DNA of 64,000 bases from Macrostomum hystrix. Its lineage: Eukaryota > Animalia > Platyhelminthes. The stretch covers positions 186,001 through 250,000 of the forward strand of contig CATNEN010000014.1 of assembly GCA_950097015.1 (NCBI GenBank), written 5' to 3'. Made by a program: the position numbers and the translations under genes. Positions 36,501-58,265 of the stretch are shown piece by piece. The notes under the pieces are model-generated. The model worked only from the letters and a program-made list of their open reading frames with translations. It was not told the origin of the DNA and did not search any database. Each line of letters starts with the position of its first letter. Position 1 is the first letter of the stretch.

Positions 36501-39500
36501 GGGATTCGCACCTGTTTGCCGTGATCCTGGCTGTGCTGGCTATGGATGCTGTGCTACTGTCGGCGTGGGCCTGCATCGATCCTCTGATCCTATTGAGAAG
36601 CACCTCACTAACGCTGGTGAGTGTTTGAGACGATTCAAGTAATGAGTTCGCAGATAAACGTCGCATTCATTCCTTGAATATATTTCCTAAATGTGCTCTC
36701 ATTCTTGAATCGTCTATCGTTTTTACAAAAGCGTCAAGTTCCAGTCTGATTATACATTTTACAATTCTGCCGCAGGAGTTAGAGTCACAGCCCAAACATT
36801 TTATGACCTTGAGTAAATTGACTTCCCAAGTGATTCAGTTCACCCTGTAGGGTTAGGGTTTGTTTGGCGGCTTGTCTCCAGTCCAAAGACTGAACAGCTG
36901 TACGCAGCCTTTTCAAGTTCTGCGCGATAGTTGCCTCTGGTAATTTTTTTCAATTGTATTCTATTCTCAAGGAAAATGAGCTGGCAGCTGAACCTAGGTC
37001 ACGAGAATTCAATGTATTGTAGTCACCACTGTCCACAGGAGAACAATGATGGATCTGTCACCCGATACACAATTGAGGAATGCACCTGCAGCAGAGTGAC
37101 CATATGGATCGGAATCGAGCTGGGCACAAAGGGTGAGAGCGCCAAACTTTGACCCTTGAAGGGAATTTACTATTATTCTTCACTCACTTTGACATTCAGA
37201 ATATGTCATATGCTAATGCAAGGGAGTTGGCTTTTTACTCACTACTCGTAAGAATGTATTTTTTGTTATAACTCTACTCCAAAAGGTTCTGAGCCTGACC
37301 AACTTAAAACAACGACACTTTTTCAGCAAAGCATCAAAGGACTACCTTTGATAAGTATTTTTCCTAGTGGTGGTCCTTGCAAAACATTTCGCATCATACG
37401 CGTCTATCAAGCGCGCTGCAGCATATTTTAAGCATGGCCGCTAGTCACTCGAATAATCCACAAATCAGCAATACATTCTGGTTCACCGTGAACAGCCGGT
37501 GAATTTCTGAAAAAAAACACAGAGCTCTGCAGTTCGCAGGTCATTGAGATCCAAACCAGCATCTCTGCCAGACTTCCAGCAGACTACCGAGCAGTTCGGC
37601 AAGACCAATCGAGCTGTACTGTCAGATGTCGGCAGTACTAACTGGTCGGACCGACGAACCCAGTGGACCCATGCGGAAGCTGACAGCCAGCACCCGCTCC
37701 TGTACTTAGTGGAGGACCTAGCCTGGGGCTGCAGGGAGTAGGTGGGACAATGACGCCGGGCTGAGGCAGTCGGTTTGTTCGCTTGGTCCAGTGTCTTGTT
37801 GATCCGGTTATGACCAGCAAAAGCAACAAGTACTGCTGCTGCGGGCCCTTGAGATGCCAAGGTCGCCAGGGCGGCGTACATAGCCCTGGCGAGCCCGCCT
37901 GGTGAGGCAATTCCTGGCTGAAATCTGGCTGAAATCTCACTTGAGTGGAAGTATACCTGCGTTCATCCAAGGCCAATTCGCTGCAGTGCCCGGACCCCAG
38001 ACGATTGAACCTGAAGGAATGGCGCACAGCTGTCAAGTGCATTGGAATAGAACACTCCAGTACGAGCCGGATATCGAAAAACTTCAATCCAAACTTTTAT
38101 CCAATAAGGCAGACCTCATTGGACTGTAGAAACAAGCGCAATCGTGACGCTCTAGCTCGTACCTGGCTGGTGGGTGATTGAGAGGTGACGACAATTGAGG
38201 CCCAAACAGGATCCAGAGCCTACCTGCGGATTTCGACATGTTCACCGACAGGGCTGCTGAATGGCAAGGCAGTTAGGCATGGTGGCCGAAAAATTGCGTG
38301 GAGGCCCACAGAAGATTCATTCGGGCAGGCCGCAACTGGCCCTCGACGCAAGCTTACATCAGGGAGGCCGTCATGTGAGAAAGGATGAAAGAGCCTGAAC
38401 ATAATCTGTGATACTTTGTCCGACTTTTTACACTCCTAGTAGTCAGCTACTTGAAGGGAGGCAAATGAAAACGGTGCATTATATTGGTGCTAGACTTCTT
38501 GTGCCCACAATCCAAAATGTTATATTTCCTATCTTTTGCGCAAGCAAGCCTTCAGCTAGCAACGCTGGTCTCATTTACATGTGTTTCGGCCCTATTTTAA
38601 GCATTTACTGGCAGTCGTGGCCGAATTAGGGACGACTGTTCCCCTTACATTCGAGACGACTGGTGGTATTGGGCGTGATCGTGAGGTTTGGTACGGTATG
38701 GTCTTGGTATTGGTCGCGAGGTTATGCTTGTAAGAATTGCGGGGCATGCTGGCATACAGGGCAGCGTGGAGGATGACAGGGATAACGAACCAAGGCCAGA
38801 CCGAAGTTGAGGAATCGTATAAAGGCGCCTACAATACGCTGCTCAAAAAGCGGCGACAAAGTAACAGACAAAAATAATATAGGTTTACCTAAACCACTCC
38901 AGCTAGCCCCAGACTCCATGCAGTTTTAACAAGATCATGCTGACTAGTGGGATGTAAGGACCGCCGCAGCAGGACTTTTCTTTCTCGAAAGCAGATAGCC
39001 ACAGTTGACTTCTCCTCTATAGCCTGATCGAACTCCCCGCGAGGAATGCTGAGTTGTGGTTCGGTTCTGCTGCACGGCAATGAATGAGGAGGATCGACAA
39101 GGCTGCTGTCACTGTGGCAAGGTTTCGGTGAACTGTCTATTTAGCCGGCTATAGTCACTTTCTCTTATTTCCGCATCTCAAGCGGGCGCTCCAGGGTCGG
39201 AAACTTGGCACCCATGCTGAAGGCTACAGCTAGGCGCCTTCGCCTAGGGGCCTTCGAAAAGTTCAAGGCTGCAACTAGAAGCGCTGCCACAAGTACGAGC
39301 TACACTTTTGCTGAGAGGTATTATTTCTCTTTTTCAGAAAGAAGAAAATTATAATTTATTTATTTTGCATCTCCTAAAATATTCAACTTATCGCCATAAA
39401 ATCCAGTAAAACGGGCTAGAATTTTCCGCTCTTTCCGATGAAAAAACTTTCATATTTATATTAAGCAATGTCAGCTGTCCATGTCACCAGGGTCTTCGAC

Positions 39501-40463
39501 AAGAATCGCCGAATATTTCGACGATGCTGACTCGACGGCTTTGAAATTGTTATTTAATCGTAAGTTTTATTCGAATGGTGGACTTTCACGAAAATCAAAT
39601 GGTGGCATTCGGCTTACGAGCTATCGTGAAGTAAGCAGGGGTATTTGAAATACCCCTCCTGTAATCTTTCCCCTGGGGAAAAATAGCGTGGTATTTCTAC
39701 TTTTAACAGGCTTTGCCAGTGTATCATATTCCGTACTAAATACTCTTTAGATTTAGTAGTCCCTGCATGTACCCCTCATGTTGATTCCAGGCTTTCTGCT
39801 CTTGATCGCTATTTTCCTCGCATGGGAGACGCGCAACGTACAACTGGAGGCGCTGAATGATTCGAAGAAAATCGGAGTTTGCGTGTACAACACCACTGTG
39901 ATGGGGCTGATCGGGGTGGTCATTCTATTCGCTCTGCCGCAGATGAACCTAGAGCTGCGGGTCATCCTCATCGCGAGCTGCATCATCATCTGCTCCAGCA
40001 CTACTCTGTTCATAGTGTTCGGAAGCAAGGTGTGTCTGTGAGAAAAGACTGATCATTCCAAATCATATCATCTGTACGGAATATTTTGCTTAGGGGCCAC
40101 CACAAAATCTGTGGCGAAATTACCGTTTTCCTCAGGTTTTCATGCTGGTTAAACATGGTCCAAACCGCGTTGACAACTTGGAAGTTGCTATGCAGGTCAC
40201 AGGTGGCATTTCGCTCGCGGCCAGCTAAGCGGTGCGATCCGCGACAGTATCGTGAGAATCGAAATGAGAGCGGCGAAATATTCTCGAAGCTAATTGAAGC
40301 TAATAAATTTACTGATGCAACCGAGACCCTAGTTAGTAGATGCAGACACTGCATAAACTATTCCTGCGATGCTGAAATGCTTTTTATGCGTCACGGCGAA
40401 TTGGTCAGCTTTTGTCATGTGGAAATACACAGCGTTGATTGCGTATTTCAACCAAAAAGGTGA
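24600..40463 (+). CDS. Class C GPCR, GABA-B-receptor-like (signal peptide, Venus flytrap, 7TM). Exons 24600-24809, 25541-25678, 32398-32568, 32994-33092, 33167-33241, 33439-33627, 33750-33986, 34062-34125, 34204-34281, 36014-36396, 36494-36616, 37039-37132, 39791-40029, 40203-40463
   Basis: Phase-consistent GT-AG exons. Signal MHWSFLIFAFVSAVLT. VFT motifs TSPLLSDKSAYP, RFGWRNVG, DFVGLSGRVIFDKNGDR. GABA-B-type 7TM motifs IKMSSPLVNN, FGAMLAKTWRVHRIF, FLAWETRNV..ALNDSKKIG..VYN. The last exon is less certain. Confidence 0.9.
25775..26970. repeat. 87-bp tandem array, left part (about 13.7 copies), GPCR intron 2
   Basis: GCATAGRCTGTTTGCAGAAGCCACTTTGAAGCTCAGAATTTGAAGGGCATGAAGTCTTAGGCTGAGGCTGAGCTACGAGCGCATGTT repeated; interrupted by the LTR element. 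Confidence 0.97.
26971..31526 (-). mobile_element. Full-length Ty3/Gypsy LTR retrotransposon (probably Mag-like), 4556 bp
   Basis: 218-bp LTRs at 26971-27188 and 31309-31526, TG...CA, identical by eye. 5-bp TSD AGGCT (26966-26970, 31527-31531). PBS-like TGGCGTCGCAAGG follows the 5' LTR; purine tract GAGGAGGA precedes the 3' LTR. Single intact gag-pol ORF. Confidence 0.98.
27304..31287 (-). CDS. Gag-Pol polyprotein (gag with CCHC knuckles, protease, RT, RNase H, integrase)
   Basis: CIRCGELGH..C and CSSCGKANHLAKAC; LIDSGAS; WVHDDILV; VDASPTG; HQGH..C..C, LDFLGP, TDNGPPF, NGATERCN. The PR-RT-RH-IN order is diagnostic of Ty3/Gypsy. First ATG at 31287. Confidence 0.97.
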   Translation of the reverse strand: MAFLQLPPPAHFSIRDDPHSVSKRWQEWSTNLLRYLAATGIKDETQKRQILLYTAGKEVSDLYNEIATQSQQQEGEPAAEPTVDQLIAQFSTHFQGRDNVVFIRYQFRHCLQEEGESIDAWHSRLWSASEACKFEGLRQSLIRDQIVASCRSESLRKRLLNIPNISLSDTLQLARTHEAAEKQAAIMTRTAAASEEVAQLRRQRHPLPEPSRESQQFAKCIRCGELGHKSCSRAQGKRCSSCGKANHLAKACLSSRSKINSLQPEQDQSADQPPNEVFCTLSGKDDSAKFVIRINGSPVRTLIDSGASCNVLDMATFHRICRPGTPLSPSSTTVFALGASEPPKTAGQTTLTVRANHRELQANFIVISSNCTPILGRSSSTKLGMLRVGPEVSTNSAVVASLAKPASSEDQHLPKQLQLQTILAEFSDCFQGIGCVKGVSVTIRLRPDATPVCQPPSRVPVHLRNAVINELEDQLALGIVERVRGPTAWCSRMVAVPKAEQGEVRITQDLREVNKYVIPEKQPIPIFEEVTDEMAGATYFSELDVAKAFHQIEVAEESRDLLTFSSPIGLLRLRRLCMGFTSASEILQRVMTSVLSGLPGVRWVHDDILVYAKNIEEHNQRLRDCLARLKASNITLNPKKCRFARPEVDFLAMRLSACGIHPSAEKVAAINNFKRPTNATEVRSFLGLVTFVARFISNLSDRARPLRELTRQAAEWTWGEKQEAAFNDIKQTIASSHALAFFNSELQTQLIVDASPTGVGAILAQVQPDGSTRPVAYASRSLSPTEQRYSQTEREALAVKYGGLKFYHYLSGGGSFKVITDHKPLISLFSTGSRPPPRIERMALRLQDLVFRVVYQPGAGNPSDVLSRQPLPMPPNNVGEQADAIYVATAVQAATPVSISLGTIKAASERDGTVQAALHAIRGHQWDKSDTCLQGLHGVSHELSELNGLLLRGSQLYMPTTLRYRCMQLAHQGHQGVKKTLDRLQAKVWWPGMRASVEAHVAACTSCLTCTSETSPKATPLKPTELPEGPWLELGLDFLGPINGKSLLVCTDHFSRFPLVEVMASTTASAVINVLRRWFSIFGQPTKVTTDNGPPFASAEFTSFLMDQGARHHRITPLYPQANGATERCNQGLNKAIRAASVEGRDWTLALDEYLAAYRRTPHCSTGVAPASLLFGRQINDVIPSLRHSQPVDATRAAIADSDRQAKEAMKRHADRRFRAADHGIRAGDRVLRRQQSRQKTDAFYESAPWTVAEVQGDSLLMQRDDVVCRRHATQVKRLPGQPEQSDQQPLESPDAPELAEPVAARLHPRRAKDPERNYREPDLRRS
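31527..31913. repeat. 87-bp tandem array, right part (about 4.4 copies)
   Basis: Same unit, resuming exactly where it was split (AGGCT|GAGGCTGAG). Confidence 0.97.
34221..34591 (+). repeat. 61-bp tandem array x6 spanning the exon 9/intron 9 boundary of the GPCR gene
   Basis: Unit GTGAGCACGTTTGATCCCATCACGGGAGCCCTGAACTGGACCGCCGATCTGTGGTTCGCAG. Copy 1 is coding exon. CAG|GTGAG donors at 34282, 34342, 34403, 34464, 34525 and 34586. Confidence 0.95.
39495..39722. mobile_element. Dispersed repeat related to the 2868-4203 element (single monomer plus flank, inverted)
   Basis: ATGGTGGACTTTCACGAAAATC, ATCGTGAAGTAAGCAGGGGTATTTGAAATACCCC and CCTGGGGAAAAATAGCGTGGT match the reverse complement of about 3140-3255. 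Confidence 0.65.
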
Positions 40464-40925
40464 GCTGTTAGGGAGAGCTCTTCAAAGCTCTGAACGTATT
40501 TATTTATTACACCTAAAAGTGTCTGGACGCCTACTGAATATTAAACAGGTTGAGCAATGAGCACGTAAATATGGAATTTCGAGTTCTAAAAGACATTCGG
40601 CTCGAAAATGAATTTTTTCATTGCATGCTCTTCATTGGGTGAAAGGACTTGACTATAACTTCATTTGCACTTCGCTGTGATTCGCATTCACTTCACTTCA
40701 CATCGTCTGTGATAGCCTTAGCTTTTTCAATCAGTTCTCGTAGCGCTTAAAATACGCACATTTAAGAAATGATAAATGTCTAACGTATCTGGGAGAAAAA
40801 ATAAAAGCATTTCATTACAGTTTACAAACTCAAGGAACTAGTAAGTTTAGTGCTTGTTAAATATGGGTAAATAAAAAGTACAGATATATACTAAAGTTTA
40901 AGTACACAGGTGCAGTGCATGTATC

Positions 40926-41198
40926 TCAACATTTGCAGCAGCAGCAGCAAAAACTGTTTTTTAAGCATTTTGGCCTGCCGCATAGGCAGCAGTAGCAGAA
41001 CAGGAGCAGTAGCACGGCGGCGATAGCGGCTGCCAGCAACAGAATGTAGGCCAGAGGCTTCCAGTTGTACTTGCAGGTGGCATGGCCGGATAGCAATCCC
41101 AGGTCCTTCTCGCAGTTGGTCTCAATCAGCGGGCTGTTGCCGGCTGCCAGTTGAACAGTCAGTGTCAGCAGGATCAGAAGAAGATAAAGCCCTAGCAT
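40926..41198 (-). CDS. Small (90 aa) type I membrane protein with Cys-rich cytoplasmic tail, intronless CDS, function unknown
   Basis: MLGLYLLLILLTLTVQLAAG (signal-like), a 2-Cys ectodomain, TM LAYILLLAAAIAAVLLLLF, then tail CYCCLCGRPKCLKNSFCCCCCKC*. The GC-rich exon-like composition matches neighbouring genes. Confidence 0.65.
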   Translation of the reverse strand: MLGLYLLLILLTLTVQLAAGNSPLIETNCEKDLGLLSGHATCKYNWKPLAYILLLAAAIAAVLLLLFCYCCLCGRPKCLKNSFCCCCCKC

Positions 41199-42111
41199 GT
41201 TTGGGCAGCTGCCAAGCAAATGAAAGATTGCGACACCGAAATATTTTCGAGTCCATAAGCTTTGGCTTAAATTGAAGAGCAGCGCACTCAGACCCGAGTA
41301 GCTGCAGGTCTGGGCTACCGTAAATACTGGGCTACAAGCGGCGCGTCTACAGTATCGAATCTGATACCGGGGAGAACTATTAGTAAAGGCAACTGCAGAA
41401 ACTTCCAAAGCGGCGAGTTAAGATAGGCTACATGCTGCTGACTGCATGAAAGCATTGTAGCAGACGAATATTAAAGCTGGTTCACAGCTACCGCTGGTGG
41501 GTAAATATTATACACTTTTATCACTGCGCCATTCACATGCAGCTGTCAGTCATGAGCTACATAACCCACGTGTGCGTGCTACAGGCCTCATACTTGGCAG
41601 AATGTAGCAATGCTCTGGCTGGAACAGAATCGGCAATCGAAATGAGCATCTCGGCATTAGAAAGACATTTTAATTATTCGATTTTCAGTCGGGTCACGGC
41701 GATAACTTTATACATTTTATATTTAAAACTATAATCACTTACAAAGCATAGAAAATAAACAACGGTCAAGTTAAACAATGCGAATAGTTTAAATATTTCA
41801 TTAGATCTGCCGGCATGGGGAAGGCCCTCCAGGGCAAACGAAGCTTGGATGGGACAGCAAAATGATGAACAATAAACTGGAGAAATAAAGCGAAGACTAA
41901 TTAAATTAACCAGGAGCTGTGGACCTTCAATTTACAGATGGCAACAGCGTGCGCTGATTAGGAATGCGATTGTAATGCAGAGGCCATCAGATGAGAAGAT
42001 TCGTGCACATTAATAAGCCACTGCGCTGTGTGCACATAAGAATAGTAAGCACGCAGCTTCAGGATCCCTTGCGAAAACAGAACGTCTTATTGATCGTAAA
42101 AGAAGTCACCA

Positions 42112-43361
<1,250 letters not shown>

Positions 43362-44120
43362 CTGGAAACAAAAAGGAATTTTTCGCCGTCAAATAGAAAA
43401 TCTCAAATAAATCCCAAGAATCCGATGCTACTCGAATTTCCTGTGTGGATCAAAAATTCAAAATCTGAATCCGAAGTCTCCTGGTCACCCTACGACTGCA
43501 TCTTCTAATAGCATAATAAGATGCAGCTGATCGGAGGGGCGCAGTGCATGCTAGTTGAAGCAGGGGTGACTGAGCTATAAATTAGACTGGATGCTAATTC
43601 CTACCAGCCGGTAAGAGCCATAGCAGAGACCACCCTGAGAATTTGGAACAGAAACAGTGAATTCTAAGGATATTATATTTGTCCACACGCACATGTAAGG
43701 TGCAAAAGAGAATATTGATAATCAAAAGAGGTGCAGAATTTACACATTACATTAGGAATATTCAGTAGTATAGGCAGTATATATCCATATAACATACTTT
43801 TTGTTTATAGTAGTCGAAGGAAAATTCAGAAAAGAACTGCCTGGTACATCCCAGACAGACAATAAGGCAGCCTAAGGCATTCAGCAACGCACCCAGCTCT
43901 CTGAACAGTCAAGTTGAGTAAAACACAAAACCAGAGACTCAAACCAGCAGCTTGGATGTGACTTCTCTGAGCTAAACGTAAAAATACGCATAGATAGAAA
44001 CATTCAATAGCTCAGACTATTAAAAAACTGATGGTAAAATGACAGACCACGACCCAATGGAAAATTTCTGATTTGGCAGTCCATGAGTGAACATCAATCA
44101 CTGTGCCATTGGACACTTGA

Positions 44121-44260
44121 CGAATAGAAAATAAACACGAATAGAATAGCAACGCCAGAGCTACGCTACTACGGCTAGTAGCAGCATGCACGAATAGTAA
44201 ATAAACACGAATAGAATAGCAACGCCAGAGCTACGCTACTACGGCTAGTAGCAGCATGCA
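44121..44260. repeat. 70-bp direct duplication (2 copies)
   Basis: CGAATAG(A/T)AAATAAACACGAATAGAATAGCAACGCCAGAGCTACGCTACTACGGCTAGTAGCAGCATGCA at 44121 and 44191. Confidence 0.9.
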
Positions 44261-44731
44261 AGGATTTTCGATAAAAAAAGAGCAGCAACAATAAAGAATA
44301 AAATTCTACTTGCCTGCCTAGTGGTATTAGCACACCGAATTCAGGCTAAAAAGCTGAATTACGCAATTCGCACAGGAAGCGCAGGAGGTGTAGCAGATGG
44401 GGATTGGCGCTGGTGCCTTCTAGAAAGGCAGAGCATTGTCAAGCCGGAATTACTGCTGTAAATATTGATTAATTGCTCGTATAATAAAATCAGCTCTGGG
44501 CACAGATGAAAGTGGCATCAAGGCAAAAACTGTTCACCCACGCAGATATCCCTGCATCTGGGAATTAGTAAATAAGAGTGCAGTTTGCAGGAACACATAA
44601 TAACCTAATGCTATATTGCGATTCCCTTGAGGGTAATGGAAAACAAACAAAACCGCTAACGCAGATACAATCAATCATCGAATATTAAAGGGAAGATCAT
44701 CTGAGTGCGCAGTTCAAAGGCCTATTCACTC

Positions 44732-54060
<9,329 letters not shown>

Positions 54061-57000
54061 CGCGAGCCTGCTGATTATGTCACTAGTAACAATATGCTTG
54101 TATTGTGGAGAGCAACGTTACCACATATCCACAGTGAGCTGCACAAGAGAGTGGGGAATAATATAAGAAATCGAAGTGATCACTGATCAACTATCAGCAA
54201 AAATACAAACCGTTAATGCTAGTCAGATGAATATAAAACGAATACAAGACAGTGATAAAAATGGTTTCGGGCTACTGGAATTTTCTCCAATTCTACCTTG
54301 CTTTGATGTACAAAATATTATACACAAACCCATTAATGTAGGCAAAAATGTTTAGCTCTAGCCAAAAATAGCAAACAAAATGAAAGTACAAAGTTGACCA
54401 AGGGCTATATACCCAAGCAAAAAAATATCTGATATGCATTTTGATACACATGAGACTCATATTAGATTAAATATATTGCAAGCACAAAGCCTGATTCCAA
54501 AACATTTGAAATCACTGGCCATTGAAAGGGTCACACCAAAAATAGCAGTATGTTTTAGATTATTTACATGGATACCAGTAAGACAGAGGATTAAGACACA
54601 TGTTTACTAACTATTTAGATCAAATCTCGTTTGGTATTGCTGCTCCTAACAACTAAAGTGAAAAGTTGCAGCATCCTTTTGACTACAAAATACTTCTATT
54701 ATAATAATCAGTAGTCTATATGCTCATATTCACAAATACAAAAATTAGAATTTTTCAACACATGATAGCAAATCTAAAAGCTAGCCAGTATTAACATAAT
54801 GATTTAATCTGTCTTAAAGAGTGCATTTGTTACATAAGTTGTGCAAAATGTTACATCCTTAACAAATGCAATAACAACCTAATTGGCTAGTGTGGACATA
54901 CCTAAAATAGACTCAGTGGCATATCAGACAACTAATCAATAGCAGATTAATTCAATCATTTGTGTGTTGTTTGCATGCATTCCAATACAAAAGAACACAA
55001 AATAAAAGCAAAGTTTTTGTCCCAGTCTTACTTTCCTACTAAGTAATAAAAAAATTATAAGGCTAATTAAAAATAAATTAGTCTAGCTAACTATATACTT
55101 ATATAGCTCTACTAGCATTAGCTAGACTTCAATATCAATAGCCATTTGGAATAAGTTTATCTTTTATTAAGTGCAGACATGCATTTATAGCATTTTTTCC
55201 AAAGTTAGGTTGTAGCAGAGTTAAGGCAGGTAGTGTCAAATGGTAGCTATGTTGAAGAGCAGGGGCAGCAGTGTGACCACCAAAGAAAAATAGAAATAAT
55301 TAGTGTAGTATAAAAAATACCACAGACTAAATCGAATATCCAATAGCATTTTTAAGAAGAACAAACTGTGCTTCAGCCTTTTTGGCTTCTATAAGAATTG
55401 TATGAGCCTAGGCATGTTTTGTCAATTTTCTGATGCTTAACCTATACCACTTCCAAAATTCCTTCTCTGCCCTCACTCTTCCTCCTTGGCCTATGCATGC
55501 CACATTGAGTTGAATTGCCCTTGAAGTAGCTAGAAATACTCTTTATACTAATTATAATTCTTGTTGCAATTCTTGCTATGATTCTTGGTGCGATTCTAGA
55601 AATTATTCTTAGTGTAATTCTAGCTACAATTTTAGAGCGATTTGAACTATGATTTTGGTACAATTCTAGCTACTTGTATGATTCTTTTTATGTAGTAATG
55701 AGCCTTCTTACATTTTAGCTACAAGTCAGTCATATTGAATCTAATTGCTCTTGAATTAGGCCTAACATGATAGCTCTTTTATTTTTATATAAGCTCAAGA
55801 ATCAGACTTGGCTTCAGCTAAGAAGCCATCAGCAATCAAGGCTGATTGCAACCATTAATGACTGCCATGAATTCAATTTTAGCCAAGCTTTATTGGCCAC
55901 CATAGTATAGAAGTTGTATGCTATACTAGAATTTTCCCACTTACATTAGGTTTTGAACCTAAAGTTGGTGTGCATTGTAAGATATGTTGCAGTGCAATTT
56001 GACTAGGCATGCAATCAGTGTGCATTATTGGCATGCACAGACTGCTAATAGCACCCTCAAAAAATATAATAATTTGGGATATAGCATTGTTTGGCGTGGC
56101 ACAGCATTAAATGTAGTTTTGTAATTAATGTATTGTAAATTTAAAAAATTCAGAAAATTAAATTAATGTTGACATCATTCTTGGACAGATTTAATTGTGT
56201 ATTTAACATAATTAACATAGGCCTAATTTATGGTGATTCACTGATTTAGATTTACCATTGGTGTGCAAGTTGTTGGTATGCAAGAATATTATTCTTGGCA
56301 TGCATCATTATGCACTCAGTAATTTTTTTAAATCATTTGCGTGTGCACCTAACATGATTGGTACTATGGATTGGCCAAAACATTTATAGGCCTAGCCAAA
56401 AGATCAATTTTATCACAATTTCATTAAATAGTGCACAAAATAGAACACTAGGCAGAACATTAGCTTTTTTTAAAGTAAAAAAGCACTATGGTCCCATTAA
56501 GGGGCAGGGCTGTGTTGCTATGCTTTTCTATGCTTTGCAGGGCTGTGTTGAGTCTTATTTAGTGGTAGGGCCTAGTGACAGAACTGTAGGCCTAGCCTAG
56601 CCTAGTGTGGTGTAGGCCTATAACACTAGGTGTAATGCTGTTATACATGGGACTCGAAAGAATTTATTAAAAATAGTACATTTTTTGTGTCCATATAAAA
56701 TAAGGACTAGACAAGGGCAGCCAAGCTTAATCAATACAAATCTATTCATTCACACATAGGCCTAATACACCCCATTTAGTGTAGGTCCCATAGCAAATGT
56801 ATAGGCCTACTAGTGAAACTTAACTAGGTAGATCAGGTCGATGTTGCAAATTTATTGTAAAAATGGTTAGCATTTTAAAGATAAACCCTTGAGTATTTTG
56901 ATGAGCATGTCTTTATTTACTGTAAATTATCATTACGTTTGTGAATAACTAATAAATTATATATTAACACTAGCTTTTTTTGCCCGTTGTTTTTGGGGCA

Positions 57001-57206
57001 GAAATTTAAAGCAAAGCAGTAAGCAATTCACGTCTCTGTATTAACTTTATAGTGAAGGTCACCATTTATTTATTTACTGCATTAATGAAAAGTGAAGAGT
57101 TTGTTTAAGGGCGTTTTAAGTAAAAAAGAAGTGAAAAGTTTGTCCAAACAGCCCCCTCTTGATTACTTCTTTAGAAACATGTCTCTTAGCCACTCCTCTA
57201 TACAGT

Positions 57207-57468
57207 CAGTGGCAGATCCAGGAATTTTGTTTTGGGGCGGTCTGTCAGGGGAGCGCCATGAGAATCACAGAGGGCCGAAAAAGGGCGCCAGGAGCCAAGA
57301 AAAGGCGCCAGCGGCTGAAAAACGGGAGCCAGCGGCTGAAAAAGGGGCGCCAGCGGCCGAAAAGGGGCGCCAGTGCTGCGACTGGCGCCCCTGGTGGGGG
57401 CATCTTATTCCCATGATTAAAATTTAGGGGGGCGGCTGCCCCCCCGCCCCCCCCTAAATCTGCCTCTG
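57207..57468. mobile_element. hAT-like MITE, 262 bp, nested in the Helitron
   Basis: 8-bp TSD TATACAGT (57199-57206, 57469-57476). Imperfect TIRs CAGTGGCAGATCC / CAGAGGCAGATTT. Subterminal GC hairpin ATTTAGGGGGGCGG...CGCCCCCCCTAAAT. Confidence 0.85.
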
Positions 57469-57620
57469 TATACAGTATGCATGTACACGCGTATACATAA
57501 GGAAAATAGCCATGGCATAACAATAACAATGTCAAAGAAACAAAATTAAACTGTTTCAGAGTTCAGAGTTAGACAGGTCAAGGTCAATTCGTGACTACTT
57601 TTCTATTAATTGCTTGCGAG

Positions 57621-58265
57621 TCATCTCAAGGCCTGGGGATACACCACATTCTTCGTTCTTCCCCTTGGTGCGAAAATGAATAGGCCAGCTGGAGTTCCAA
57701 CACGGGAGCAGGCGACATAAAGCTGCCCATGCGAGAAGCACGGAGTCTCCAGGTTGATGCCAGCCACCTTCAGCGACTGTCCCTGAGCCTTGTTAATAGT
57801 CATCGCAAAGCACACTCTCACAGGGAACTGCAGTCGCTTGAACTGAAATGGCAGGTCCGTGGGGATAATTGGAATCCGGGGAACGAACACAGACTCTCCT
57901 CTGCCAGATCCAGTCATTATCATGGCCTCAATCACGTGTGGGAAGAGCCGCCTGACTATCAGTCTGGTGCCGTTACACAGCCTTGGCGCATTCAGGTTGC
58001 GGAGGAGCATAATTGGTGCCCCAACTTTCAGCTGCAAGTTGTGCGATGGAGTTCCAGGAGGATCTAGAGAGTTCAGAAACTCAACAGGATACTCCACAGC
58101 GGTGTCATCAGTCAACGTTGTATCAATTGACTTGTAGGTGAAAACTGCACCTGGCAACTCCTGAAGCAGTTGGTAGTTAATTTCGTTGGCGGCATCATTT
58201 CTAGGACACAGAATTGCCCTCTCTGACAGCCAGTCAACGTCAGCATATCGAGAGAAATAGGCTGG
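57621..58265 (-). pseudogene. Helitron PIF1-like helicase C-terminal fragment (about 214 codons, no stops)
   Basis: WLSERAILCPRN, YPVEFLNSL, LKVGAPIMLLRNL, LCNGTRL, PRIP, FKRLQFPVRVCFAMTINKAQGQSL, FSHGQLYVACSRV, TKNVVYPQAL are classic Helitron helicase motifs. The Rep domain and helicase N-half are absent. Confidence 0.92.

Noticed and set aside
37400-39300. GC-richer intronic block with PLTFETTGG, reminiscent of RLE-type non-LTR C-termini
   Set aside because: Heavily degenerate, with no recognisable RT motif or ends. Probably TE-derived but unassignable without a search.
44374-44436. Candidate first NKAP exon (MLCLSRRHQRQSPSATPPALP)
   Set aside because: Phase-compatible but with a weak donor (GTGCGA) and no homology support; left out of the CDS coordinates.
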